NCBI GenBank assembly: GCA_001821395.1
Contig: MHLM01000001.1
Coordinates: forward strand, 32,001 to 96,000
Length of the DNA: 64,000 bases
Reading direction: 5' to 3'
From: Candidatus Lloydbacteria bacterium RIFCSPHIGHO2_02_FULL_50_18
Lineage (GTDB): Bacteria; Patescibacteriota; Minisyncoccia; Phycocordibacterales; UBA6899
Shown: positions 37,940 through 47,525 of the stretch, one piece after another
Layout of the letters: each line of letters begins with the position of its first letter
Numbering within the stretch: position 1 is the first letter of the stretch
Program-made: the position numbers and the translations under genes
The notes under the pieces: model-generated
The model's input: the letters and a program-made list of their open reading frames with translations, nothing else
Databases searched by the model: none
What the model was told of the DNA's origin: nothing

Positions 37940-39334
37940 ATGACCACACGAACACTGATAGAAAATTTAAAGGATTCCATCGGGGAAACCGTCACCATTG
38001 CGGGATGGGTCGACATACGACGCGATCATGGCAAGCTCATTTTTATCGATATGCGCGATGCAACGGGAAAGGTGCAGGCAGTAGCGCTTCCGAACCATAT
38101 CGAGGCACATGAAGCTGCGAACATGCTTCGTCCCGAATGGGTAGTCGAGATAGAGGGAAAGGTGAATGCGCGACCTGAAAAAATGGTCAAAAAGGACGAA
38201 CTAAACGGAATGCTTGAAATCGAGATAGTTTCGGTCAAAGTGCTCAATAAGTCTGAGACACCGCCGATCGACGTACGCGGGGACGGCCGCGATATCGGAG
38301 AAGAGGTGCGACTCAAATATCGTTATCTCGACCTTCGTCGCCCCAGGCTCCAGCAGAATTTACGTTTGCGACACAAGATCGTACTGTTCATCCGAAATTT
38401 TCTTTCGAACAATGGATTCATTGAGATTGAAACCCCGCTTCTTTCTAAATCAACGCCGGAAGGATCACGCGACTTTCTTGTTCCCTCACGACTCGAGCAG
38501 GGGAAGTTTTACGCGTTACCCCAGTCACCGCAGCAATACAAGCAGCTCCTTATGGTTGCGGGATTTGAGAGGTATTTCCAATTTGCGCGTTGTATGCGCG
38601 ATGAAGATACACGAGGAGACCGCCAACCCGAATTTACTCAACTCGATATGGAGTTGAGCTTCGTCGATCGTGAGGATGTCATGGCCTTGAACGAACAACT
38701 ACTTATCGAGCTCGTGCAAAAGACTGCCCCCCACAAGAAGATCCAGCAGATCCCATTTCCTCGTATGACCTACGCCGAGGCGATGAAGAACTATGGGAAC
38801 GACAAGCCGGATATCCGTACCGACAAAAATGACCCCGACCTGCTCGCATTCTGTTGGGTAATTGATTTTCCTTTCTTCGAAAAAGCCGATAAGGGAGGAT
38901 GGACGTTCACACACAATCCATTCTCAGCCGCAAAAGAAGAACATCGCGAATGGTTAATGAACAAAGAACATATCGAGGAGATCTTAACGACGCAGTATGA
39001 TGTTGCCCTAAACGGTTTTGAGATCGGCGGAGGCAGTATCCGCAATCATGACCCCAAGGCGCTTAGTTGTGTATTTGAGATCATGGGGCATAAAGAAGAG
39101 GACATTAAAGCAAATTTCGGGCACATGCTTGACGCTTTTTCCTACGGAGCACCCCCACACGGCGGTATCGCATGGGGACTCGACCGTCTCATGGCAATCC
39201 TCCAGAATGAACCGAACATTCGCGAGGTGATCGCATTTGCCAAGACCGGAGAAGGGAAGGACCTCATGATGGCCGCACCGTCAGACGTTTCACCCGAACA
39301 GCTTGTCGAGTTAGGTATACATATTGTGAAGTGA
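37940..39334 (+). CDS. aspS: Aspartyl-tRNA synthetase lacking the GAD insertion domain
   Basis: Bacterial-type motif 2 (LPQSPQQYKQLLMVAGFERYFQFARCMRDEDTRGDRQPEFTQLD). …KPDIRTD… runs directly into FCWVIDFPFFE with no GAD insert. 464 aa. Confidence 0.9.
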   Translation: MTTRTLIENLKDSIGETVTIAGWVDIRRDHGKLIFIDMRDATGKVQAVALPNHIEAHEAANMLRPEWVVEIEGKVNARPEKMVKKDELNGMLEIEIVSVKVLNKSETPPIDVRGDGRDIGEEVRLKYRYLDLRRPRLQQNLRLRHKIVLFIRNFLSNNGFIEIETPLLSKSTPEGSRDFLVPSRLEQGKFYALPQSPQQYKQLLMVAGFERYFQFARCMRDEDTRGDRQPEFTQLDMELSFVDREDVMALNEQLLIELVQKTAPHKKIQQIPFPRMTYAEAMKNYGNDKPDIRTDKNDPDLLAFCWVIDFPFFEKADKGGWTFTHNPFSAAKEEHREWLMNKEHIEEILTTQYDVALNGFEIGGGSIRNHDPKALSCVFEIMGHKEEDIKANFGHMLDAFSYGAPPHGGIAWGLDRLMAILQNEPNIREVIAFAKTGEGKDLMMAAPSDVSPEQLVELGIHIVK

Positions 39335-39394
39335 TCAAGTTTGATCTTTCGGGAAACCCGAGAAAAATCTACTTGATTCGACCGCTAAAAGAAT

Positions 39395-39426
39395 TAAAAA
39401 ACACCTCATAATGTGAGGTGTTTTTA
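39395..39426. terminator. Bidirectional rho-independent terminator between aspS (+) and the DUF805 gene (-)
   Basis: Hairpin aacacctca-taatg-tgaggtgtt flanked by an A-run and a T-run. Confidence 0.8.
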
Positions 39427-39442
39427 ATGCTCGATCATGCTT

Positions 39443-39895
39443 TTACGTATTAAGGATCGCATGGAACATTTCCCGTTTGGGGTCGGGAATAGGTCCATAA
39501 CCATTGGCGGACGTGTCTCCCAATTTCCAGCACAGATAGATGACCTCCAAAACCCCTACGAATGGGATGAGGAGCAAAAGAGACGCCCAGCCGGTTTGAT
39601 TAATGTCATGAAGACGACGTACGGTCATACCAAATTCGAGAAGTAAAAGCACGATGGCGACGAGCATTCCGATGAATGGGATGAACGCAAGTAGTAATGC
39701 GAGAGCGATAGACCCGACTGCCCCATAGAGATAGTTCTGTCGATCAATCCGTCCGTAAAAAAGACGTTTCCAGTGAAGATCTTTTGCCGCATTTTTGGCA
39801 TTCGCAAAAAGTCTATTAAGCTCATCTTGCACAGATTGCTCGGTGGTAGAAGTATTCTTTAAAACTTCGGGTACTTGTATTTGTGTATCGTTCAT
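39443..39895 (-). CDS. DUF805-family inner-membrane protein (YhaH-like)
   Basis: …RRLHDINQTGWASLLLLIPFVG…GDTSANGYGPIP matches the DUF805 signature. Confidence 0.7.
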   Translation of the reverse strand: MNDTQIQVPEVLKNTSTTEQSVQDELNRLFANAKNAAKDLHWKRLFYGRIDRQNYLYGAVGSIALALLLAFIPFIGMLVAIVLLLLEFGMTVRRLHDINQTGWASLLLLIPFVGVLEVIYLCWKLGDTSANGYGPIPDPKREMFHAILNT

Positions 39896-39980
39896 ATGTT
39901 CATTAATTCTACCGAACAGTAAAAATATGACAACGTGTCGCAGTTCGCACGATAGTACACTGGGTCAGTAATGACATTTG

Positions 39981-39989
39981 TGCTAATAT
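39981..39989 (+). promoter_or_regulatory. Extended -10 (TGcTAATAT) upstream of scpA
   Basis: The -10 box ends 6 nt before ATG 39996. Confidence 0.5.
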
Positions 39990-39995
39990 CGTTGA

Positions 39996-40775
39996 ATGGA
40001 TGAAGCGCAGGCAGTGCTGGGCGAGTACAAGGTTGGCTATCACGTGAAAACGGAGCATTTTGAGGGTCCGCTTGATCTTTTGCTGACATTGATCGAAAAA
40101 CGAAAGCTTTTTATCAGTGATTTTTCGCTCTCCAAGGTTGCCGATGACTATATCGAACATATTCGCAGCTTCGAGACATTCCCGATGAATGACGTTGCAA
40201 ATTTTCTTCTTGTCGCATCGACACTCGTGCTCATCAAATCAAAGGCGCTCCTCCCAGACCTTGATCTCACCAAAGAGGAAGAAAGTGATATTGATGACCT
40301 GAAGCGCCGCTTGGCGATGTATGAACTTTTTCGGAATCTTTCGCTTCATATTAAATCCAACTTTGGAAAACGGCTGATCTTTGAGCGAAGCGGGCGACCG
40401 GGTGTACAGGTTGTGTTTGCTCCGGACGTGCATATTTCTGCAGCAGAAGTCGGACAGTCAATAAAGAATGTAGTCAATGCACTGCCAAAGAAGGTGACCA
40501 TCCCAAAGGCAACAGTAAAAAAGGTCATTTCATTAGAAGAGATGATGTCCAGGCTTTCGGACAGAGTCACGACGGCGCTGAAAACGAGTTTTACTCAATT
40601 TTCTCGATATAAAAAAGGGGAAGTCATGGAAAAAGAACATCGCGTCCTCATCATCGTATCTTTTCTGGCGATGCTTGAGCTTGTTAAGCAGGGCGTTGTA
40701 CACGTTACTCAACATGAAGAGTATGGAGACATCGACATCGAAACACATTCATTTCAAACACCGAATTATGAGTAG
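39996..40775 (+). CDS. scpA: Segregation and condensation protein A
   Basis: …EHFEGPLDLLLTLIEKRKLFISDFSLSKVADDY…. Confidence 0.85.
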   Translation: MDEAQAVLGEYKVGYHVKTEHFEGPLDLLLTLIEKRKLFISDFSLSKVADDYIEHIRSFETFPMNDVANFLLVASTLVLIKSKALLPDLDLTKEEESDIDDLKRRLAMYELFRNLSLHIKSNFGKRLIFERSGRPGVQVVFAPDVHISAAEVGQSIKNVVNALPKKVTIPKATVKKVISLEEMMSRLSDRVTTALKTSFTQFSRYKKGEVMEKEHRVLIIVSFLAMLELVKQGVVHVTQHEEYGDIDIETHSFQTPNYE

Positions 40776-40840
40776 CAGTATGCGGTGCGTGAGGCGGGCT
40801 TTCTTAAACGCCAATTTTTGTTAGACTATCAAACAACACC

Positions 40841-41578
40841 ATGGAACTCGCAAAAGCCATATCTGCCTTATTGTTTTATCAAGCTGAGCCGATCACGGTA
40901 AAAAGGCTTTCCGGACTGCTCAAGCGGTCAGAAGAAGAAATTCGTGATGCCATAGCATCTCTTCCGGAGCGATTTAAGGATACCGGTATCATGCTCGTCC
41001 AAAATGGGGATGAAATCACACTCGGTACTGCATCTGAAGCAAGTTCGCTCATTGAGAGCATCACGAAGGAAGAACTATCGAAGGACCTATCAAAATCGGC
41101 ACTTGAGACGCTTGCGATCGTGCTGTACAAAGGTCCAATCACGAGAAGTGAGATCGACTATATTCGCGGAGTGAATTCAACATTTATTCTTCGAAACCTG
41201 CTTATCCGTGGCCTCGTCGAAAAAGTAGACAATCCGAATGACCAGCGCAGCTTTCTGTATAAACCGACATTCCAGCTCCTTGAGTACATGGGTGTTCCTG
41301 ACGTCAAAGACTTGCCCGACTATCATGATACACTCGTACAACTTGGATCATTTGTTGCCATAAAACAAGAAGAGGAAAAAACAGAAGGAACGGCGGTTAG
41401 TGCACCTCTCGCGATCGTTCCAGATGATAGCACCGATATCGCAGATACCGCTCGTGCTATGGAATTGAGTGATGAGGAACTTATCGAGGAGGCGGATATT
41501 GCCGAGGAAGACGAGGCGGGCGGGGGGTACGATGACCCTGAACTTCGCGCACACACTGACGCCGATCGACCCGAGTAA
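40841..41578 (+). CDS. scpB: Segregation and condensation protein B with an acidic C-terminal tail
   Basis: Tandem winged helices (…ALETLAIVLYKGPITRSEIDYIRGVNSTFILRNLLIRGLV…). Confidence 0.85.
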   Translation: MELAKAISALLFYQAEPITVKRLSGLLKRSEEEIRDAIASLPERFKDTGIMLVQNGDEITLGTASEASSLIESITKEELSKDLSKSALETLAIVLYKGPITRSEIDYIRGVNSTFILRNLLIRGLVEKVDNPNDQRSFLYKPTFQLLEYMGVPDVKDLPDYHDTLVQLGSFVAIKQEEEKTEGTAVSAPLAIVPDDSTDIADTARAMELSDEELIEEADIAEEDEAGGGYDDPELRAHTDADRPE

Positions 41579-41583
41579 CCATT

Positions 41584-42588
41584 ATGACCACCGCACAGAA
41601 ACTCCAGATCTTCCTCCTTGTACTTATCCTCGGCTTCCTCACGGGACCTCGAGTGATGCTCGCATTGTCTCGCCTCACACCGAACGATAAGATCACTTCT
41701 CCCGACATCGCACAGGTGGACACAGCAAGTGAGGCCATCAATGTGGCCTCCGCGACCTCAACTGCAACGACCTCTCCGTACGTCAAACTTGATCTTGTCG
41801 GAAAAGGTATCTATGTCTGGGATATTTCTGCGGGAAAGAAACTCTATTCCAAAAATGAACATAACCAGATGCCGCTCGCTTCGGTGACCAAGATGATGAT
41901 GGCAGTTGTAGCAAAAGAATTGCTTCCGGATAACACAAAGATTGCTATCCGCCCCATCGACATTCTCACTGAGGGCAATGACGGATTGTTTGTCGGCGAA
42001 ACATGGAGCTTTGATAAGCTGCTGAACTTTACGCTCATCGCATCGTCTAATGACGGTGCAAGCGCAATCGCCGGAGTCGCAGGAGCAACACTGCCGCACG
42101 CATCCTCAACTGACCCCCTCACGAATAAGCGGCTTTTCATTGAGAAAATGAACGAGAAGGCGCAATCGCTCGGTCTCGGAAATACTCATTTTCGCAACGA
42201 GAGCGGGCTGGATATGGCAAGCCTCACGTCGGGAGCATACGGTTCTGCACGTGACATGGCAATGCTTTTCGAATATGTTTTCCGAAAACACCCGGAACTT
42301 TTCGCACCGACCACCTACGCGCACCTAGATCTCACTTCAGAGAACGACATCGTGCATCATGTCACCAATACCAATCAAGACGTATCACGCATTACCGGGA
42401 TCATAGGCTCAAAAACGGGGTATACCGATCTTGCCGGGGGGAATCTCGTTATCGTCGTTGATATCGGGATCGACCATCCGGTCGTGATTGCAGTACTCGG
42501 TTCAACCGTTGACGGTCGATTCACTGACGTTGAACAATTGATCGACGCAACGGTAACGGAAATAACAGGAAAAACGATTACCAGGTAG
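41584..42588 (+). CDS. D-alanyl-D-alanine carboxypeptidase (S11, PBP5-like)
   Basis: SxxK (ASVTKMM), SxN (SSND) and KTG (SKTGYT) motifs, plus an N-terminal signal/TM. Confidence 0.85.
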   Translation: MTTAQKLQIFLLVLILGFLTGPRVMLALSRLTPNDKITSPDIAQVDTASEAINVASATSTATTSPYVKLDLVGKGIYVWDISAGKKLYSKNEHNQMPLASVTKMMMAVVAKELLPDNTKIAIRPIDILTEGNDGLFVGETWSFDKLLNFTLIASSNDGASAIAGVAGATLPHASSTDPLTNKRLFIEKMNEKAQSLGLGNTHFRNESGLDMASLTSGAYGSARDMAMLFEYVFRKHPELFAPTTYAHLDLTSENDIVHHVTNTNQDVSRITGIIGSKTGYTDLAGGNLVIVVDIGIDHPVVIAVLGSTVDGRFTDVEQLIDATVTEITGKTITR

Positions 42589-42726
42589 GCATTGATTCGG
42601 TATTGAAATTTCGCATCGCTGTTTGTCAAAAAACATGAAATCCAAAGTGAATATTATGGGAATTAATCAGAATATCGCACAGCATTTTTGTATTACAATA
42701 AAGCAGTGTGAAATTCTACTATCGGC

Positions 42727-43779
42727 ATGATCACCGACGTCATTAAAATACTCGTTCCTGCAGCGCTCGCCTTTTTTATCGGCATCATCATGACGCCGTT
42801 TCTCGCAAATTTTTTATATAAGAACAAGATGTGGAAAAAATCGAGTGTGAAAAACACGATCGACGGCGCAGCTGCCACTATTACGGGAAAATTGCATAAT
42901 GATGAAGCGCGTAAAACTCCGCGCATGGGAGGAATCCTTATCTGGGGAAGTGTCGGTGTTACGATCGGAATACTCTGGCTCCTTTCTGTGTTTTTTCCAA
43001 ATGACATAACCGGGAAATTAAATTTCTTTTCCCGCAATCAAACATGGTTGCCTGTTTTTACGTTGATTGCTGGCGCACTCTGCGGCCTCATCGACGATTA
43101 TCTTGTTTGCCGTGATGCCGGGTCGTACAAAGGCGGGGGATTATCACTGAAAGCGCGATTATTCTTTGTTTTTCTGCTCGGTGTACTCGGTGCATGGTGG
43201 TTCTACTACAAACTCGATGTGAGCAGTATCTTTATTCCATTCTGGGGAGACCTGCACGTCGGTATATTGCTCATCCCGATATTCATCATTTTTACCATCG
43301 GCATGTACTCCGGTGGCATCATCGACGGTATCGACGGATTGGCCGGCGGAGTCTTTGCGTCGATCTATGCAGCTTACGCCGTCATTGCGTTCGCGAACGG
43401 ACAAGTCGACATCGCCGCTTATGCGTCTGTCGTCGTCGGAGGACTCTTGGCGTTTCTCTGGTTCAATATTCCTCCTGCGCGCTTTTTTTGCTCTGAAACG
43501 GGAACGATGGCGCTCACGACGTCACTCGTCGTCGTAGCATTTCTCACCAATGCAGTCGTCGTGCTGCTGATCATCGGGTTTTTGCTCGTAGCAACGAGTG
43601 CATCGAGCGTCATACAGATAGTGTCAAAAAAATATCGCGGTAAAAAAGTGTTCATCGTTGCGCCGTTGCACAATCATTTTCAAGCTCTTGGTTGGCCACA
43701 TTACAAGGTCACCATGCGTTACTGGGTCATCAGTTTGATACTCGCGGTCATCGGTGTCATCATTCAATTGATCGGATGA
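42727..43779 (+). CDS. mraY: Phospho-N-acetylmuramoyl-pentapeptide transferase
   Basis: Ten TM helices, GIIDGIDGLAGG, and C-terminal HNHFQALGW. Confidence 0.9.
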   Translation: MITDVIKILVPAALAFFIGIIMTPFLANFLYKNKMWKKSSVKNTIDGAAATITGKLHNDEARKTPRMGGILIWGSVGVTIGILWLLSVFFPNDITGKLNFFSRNQTWLPVFTLIAGALCGLIDDYLVCRDAGSYKGGGLSLKARLFFVFLLGVLGAWWFYYKLDVSSIFIPFWGDLHVGILLIPIFIIFTIGMYSGGIIDGIDGLAGGVFASIYAAYAVIAFANGQVDIAAYASVVVGGLLAFLWFNIPPARFFCSETGTMALTTSLVVVAFLTNAVVVLLIIGFLLVATSASSVIQIVSKKYRGKKVFIVAPLHNHFQALGWPHYKVTMRYWVISLILAVIGVIIQLIG

Positions 43780-43861
43780 ACGTGATCTTTGGAGATCACA
43801 ACCCCTACTTCGACGGCAACTTGTGGACAAGCGAATCGGCGGCGTGCTGTATAATGATGTA

Positions 43862-44959
43862 ATGCAGCAACATCGAGATGTCGATAAAATTTTTCTCGCG
43901 ATCGTGATCGTGCTCATTGGTCTTGGCTTCCTGATCTTTGTATCTGCTTCACTAGGCATATGGGCACAGAACGAGGTTAAATTCAGCAATGGCCTTCTGT
44001 CGCAGACGGTCTTCGGGCTGTGTGGAGGGGCTCTGTCTATGTATCTCGCGTCGAGGATCAGATATCAGGTCATTCGCAAACATGCATTTTGGATATTCAT
44101 TGCTGTTGTCATTCTGTCTATACTCGTATTCGTTCCCGGGCTCGGCATGGAACACGGGGGAGCGAAACGGTGGATCAATTTGGGCATCACCACATTTCAG
44201 CCCGGTGAATTATTGAAACTTGGAGTTATCGTCTATTTGGCGGCCTGGCTTACGCTTTTTAAACGAAAGATCCATTCGCCGCTTTTTGGGATCTACCCGT
44301 TACTCACGGTCTTGGGTATCGCATGCTTCATCTTCATGGCTCAAAGGGATACGGGGAGTTTCCTTGTCGCAGCTTTTGCCGGAACGGCAATGTACATTGC
44401 TGCAGGGGCGCGACTTCGTGACCTGGTCTTTCTCTTTTTGATCGCGATCGTTGGACTCGGACTTCTCGCTGTATGGCGTCCGTACGTACTCGATCGATTT
44501 ACCACACTCTGGCATCATGATGACTTTCAAGGCTCGGGGTACCAGCTTCGTCAATCGCTTATTGCGATCGGATCCGGCGGGCTTGTCGGTAAGGGGTTTG
44601 GGCAAAGTGTTCAAAAATTCAACTATCTACCTGAGGCGGACGGAGATTCTATTTTTGCAGTTGCGGGCGAAGAATTCGGTTTTGTCGGCACGACGCTACT
44701 GGTCATTCTCTATGTTCTTTTCGCACTGCGGGGACTTTGGATAGCCGCACACGCACCGGATGTCTTCAGTGGACTCTTTGCCGTTGGGCTTGTTATACTC
44801 ATTACATCGCAGTCATTCATTAATATCGCTTCCATGCTCGCGATAGCCCCGCTGACGGGAGTACCGCTCGTGTTCATCAGTCACGGCGGAACGGCACTAT
44901 TGGTTGCGATGGCTGAAGTTGGAATTCTCCTGAACATCTCTCGATATAGAAGTGCTTGA
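43862..44959 (+). CDS. ftsW: SEDS-family peptidoglycan glycosyltransferase FtsW/RodA
   Basis: …GAKRWINLGITTFQPGELLKLGVIVYLAAWL…. Start set at ATG 43862, 6 nt after TGTATAAT (43848-43855). The tracked ORF begins at GTG 43823. Confidence 0.8.
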   Translation: MQQHRDVDKIFLAIVIVLIGLGFLIFVSASLGIWAQNEVKFSNGLLSQTVFGLCGGALSMYLASRIRYQVIRKHAFWIFIAVVILSILVFVPGLGMEHGGAKRWINLGITTFQPGELLKLGVIVYLAAWLTLFKRKIHSPLFGIYPLLTVLGIACFIFMAQRDTGSFLVAAFAGTAMYIAAGARLRDLVFLFLIAIVGLGLLAVWRPYVLDRFTTLWHHDDFQGSGYQLRQSLIAIGSGGLVGKGFGQSVQKFNYLPEADGDSIFAVAGEEFGFVGTTLLVILYVLFALRGLWIAAHAPDVFSGLFAVGLVILITSQSFINIASMLAIAPLTGVPLVFISHGGTALLVAMAEVGILLNISRYRSA

Positions 44960-45013
44960 ATGTGCGTTATTATTCGTATCATTGCCCGATGAATTAACCC
45001 GTAAGTTCACAAC

Positions 45014-46141
45014 ATGAGAATACTTTTTGCAGGAGGAGGTACCGGCGGACATTTTTTCCCCATCATAGCGGTTGCTGAGGCGGTGAATGAACTCACGACT
45101 AAACAGCACCTTCTTGATATCGATCTTGTCTACATGTCCGATACGCCATTCGACCGCGACATGCTACAGAGGACGCATATGACATTCGTCGAGGTAATGG
45201 CCGGCAAGCGACGTAACTATTTTTCGATCAAAAACTTTGTCGATGTCTTCAAAACGGCGTTCGGCTGCACCGTTGCGGTGTTCAAGCTTTTTTCCCTTTA
45301 CCCTGACGTGGTCTTCGGAAAAGGAGGTTATGCAAGCTTTCCGGCGATGTTTGCCGCAAGATTATTGCATATTCCTGTCGTTATCCACGAATCAGATATC
45401 GTACCGGGAAAGGTCAATCGATGGATCGGGAATTACGCGTCCTATGTTGCGATCTCTTACCCTGAAGCATCGAAATACTTCAAAAACAAAGATCGTATCG
45501 CTTTGACCGGTCAACCAATCAGAAAAGGCATACTTGACGTTCCGGATGAAGATGCGTTTGCGGTGCTTGGTCTTGATCCTGCAATACCGGTGATTCTGGT
45601 CATTGGGGGCTCAATGGGTGCAGAGCGTATTAACGAGAATATCATCGATATACTTCCTCAACTTGTCACTAAATATCAGATCATCCATCAGACCGGTGAG
45701 AATAACATTGAATGGATGAAAAAACGTGCCGAGGGGATCCTTCCGAATGATCCGAATGCCCCTCATTATCATCCTTTTGCCTTTCTTTCGTCCCAACAGC
45801 TGCGTCTTGCGGCAAAGGCGGCAACACTGGTCATTTCACGCGCGGGCTCAGCTATTTTTGAGATTGCGACTTGGCAAAAACCGTCGATCCTTATTCCGCT
45901 TCCGCTTGCGCGGGACGATCATCAACGCGAAAATGCATTTAGTTATGCGCGAGCCGGTGCATGTACGGTCATCGAAGAAGCAAATCTCAGACCTCAGATC
46001 TTTCTTTCGGTGATCGAATCGATCTTTAATGACAAAAGTATGCAAGAGAAAATGATCGAGGGCAGCAAGGCGTTCACAAAGCCGGACGCTGCGGAAAAGA
46101 TCGCGCAGGCCTTGCTTTCGATCGCGACAAAACACACATAA
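45014..46141 (+). CDS. murG: Undecaprenyldiphospho-muramoylpentapeptide beta-N-acetylglucosaminyltransferase
   Basis: MRILFAGGGTGGHFFPIIAVAE…. Confidence 0.9.
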   Translation: MRILFAGGGTGGHFFPIIAVAEAVNELTTKQHLLDIDLVYMSDTPFDRDMLQRTHMTFVEVMAGKRRNYFSIKNFVDVFKTAFGCTVAVFKLFSLYPDVVFGKGGYASFPAMFAARLLHIPVVIHESDIVPGKVNRWIGNYASYVAISYPEASKYFKNKDRIALTGQPIRKGILDVPDEDAFAVLGLDPAIPVILVIGGSMGAERINENIIDILPQLVTKYQIIHQTGENNIEWMKKRAEGILPNDPNAPHYHPFAFLSSQQLRLAAKAATLVISRAGSAIFEIATWQKPSILIPLPLARDDHQRENAFSYARAGACTVIEEANLRPQIFLSVIESIFNDKSMQEKMIEGSKAFTKPDAAEKIAQALLSIATKHT

Positions 46142-46151
46142 GCATCTTCAT

Positions 46152-47525
46152 ATGTCTGAACAAACATTATCTACAAAAAAAGTTGTCACGCGTTTTGCGC
46201 CAAGCCCGACGGGCAAATTTCATGTCGGCGGATTGCGCTCGGCACTCTATAATTATCTTTATGCGCGAAAGCATGGCGGTACGTATATTCTTCGCTGTGA
46301 AGACACTGACCCAATTCGATCAAAGAAGGAATATGAAGACTATTTTCTTGAGCTCTTCAAATGGCTTGGAATAGAGCACGATGCCTACTATCGCCAATCA
46401 GAGCGCACCGAGATATATCGTTCATATCTCAATAAAATGATCGCGGAAGGGCATGCTTATGTTTCAAAAGAACAGCCCAAAGAAGAGGGCGGGAGAACGG
46501 AGGTTATTCGCTTCAAGAATCCGAACGGCGTCGTCACATTCCATGATGACGTACTCGGCAATATCTCCTTCAACACGGCAGAGCTCGGCGATTTCATTAT
46601 TGCGCGAGATTTTGACAGTCCGCTCTACCATCTCACGGTCGTCATAGACGATTTTGAAATGGGCGTGACCCACATCATTCGCGGACAAGAACATGTGTCG
46701 AATACGCCAAGACAGATACTCATCCAGGAGGCGATCGGTGCCCCTCGCCCTACTTATGCCCACGCATCGATCATTTTGAATAATGAACGCGCGAAGCTTT
46801 CAAAGCGCGACCCACTTGTACGTCCGGCACTTGAATACCGCGATGAGGGTTATGTCCCGGAAGCATTGCTCAACTTTATGGCACTGCTTGGCTGGAATCC
46901 CGGCACAGAGCAAGAAATATTTTCGATGCCGGAACTCATTCAAGCATTCTCGATTGAGCGCATGCAAAAGCAAGGAGCGGTTTTCAATCCGGAAAAACTA
47001 GAGTGGATCAACAAAGAATACATAAAGAAGATGCACCCCAAAAGACAAATGGCCATGCTCGATGAGTTTATGCCGGAAGCAATCAGGACGCTTCCCGATT
47101 ACAAAGAAAAACGTGAACATCTTGCACCGATACTGCTCGAGCGCATCGGTCATTTTGGCGAGATAAAAGAGATGGTAGCGCAAGGCGAACTCGCGTACTA
47201 TTTCATCCAGCCGGAATATGAAAAGGAAAAACTTTTTTGGAAAGACGAAAGAGACAGCGCAAAATTGATTGAACGACTGGTGCGAGTGAGCGACACACTC
47301 TCCGCCCTCCCTTCTGAAGTGTTTACCCGAGAAGGGATAAAGGAAGCACTGTGGCCGTATGCTGAAAGTGAGGGGAGGGGACAGATACTCTGGCCGATGC
47401 GCTATGCGCTTTCCGGAAGGGACAAATCACCGGATCCGTTTCAGTTGGCATCATTACTTGGAAAAAAAGAGACCCTTGAACGCTTAGCATTTGCGATTGC
47501 GCTCTATCATGATCAGCATGAGTAG
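46152..47525 (+). CDS. gltX: Glutamyl-tRNA synthetase
   Basis: FAPSPTGKFHVGGLRSAL… and KLSKR. Confidence 0.9.
   Translation: MSEQTLSTKKVVTRFAPSPTGKFHVGGLRSALYNYLYARKHGGTYILRCEDTDPIRSKKEYEDYFLELFKWLGIEHDAYYRQSERTEIYRSYLNKMIAEGHAYVSKEQPKEEGGRTEVIRFKNPNGVVTFHDDVLGNISFNTAELGDFIIARDFDSPLYHLTVVIDDFEMGVTHIIRGQEHVSNTPRQILIQEAIGAPRPTYAHASIILNNERAKLSKRDPLVRPALEYRDEGYVPEALLNFMALLGWNPGTEQEIFSMPELIQAFSIERMQKQGAVFNPEKLEWINKEYIKKMHPKRQMAMLDEFMPEAIRTLPDYKEKREHLAPILLERIGHFGEIKEMVAQGELAYYFIQPEYEKEKLFWKDERDSAKLIERLVRVSDTLSALPSEVFTREGIKEALWPYAESEGRGQILWPMRYALSGRDKSPDPFQLASLLGKKETLERLAFAIALYHDQHE

Noticed and set aside
43823-43861. GTG start for ftsW at 43823, as given in the ORF track
   Set aside because: An extended -10 (TGTATAAT, 43848-43855) lies inside that extension, and an ATG follows 6 nt later. 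Start 43862 is preferred, though 43823 is not excluded if the gene is co-transcribed with mraY.
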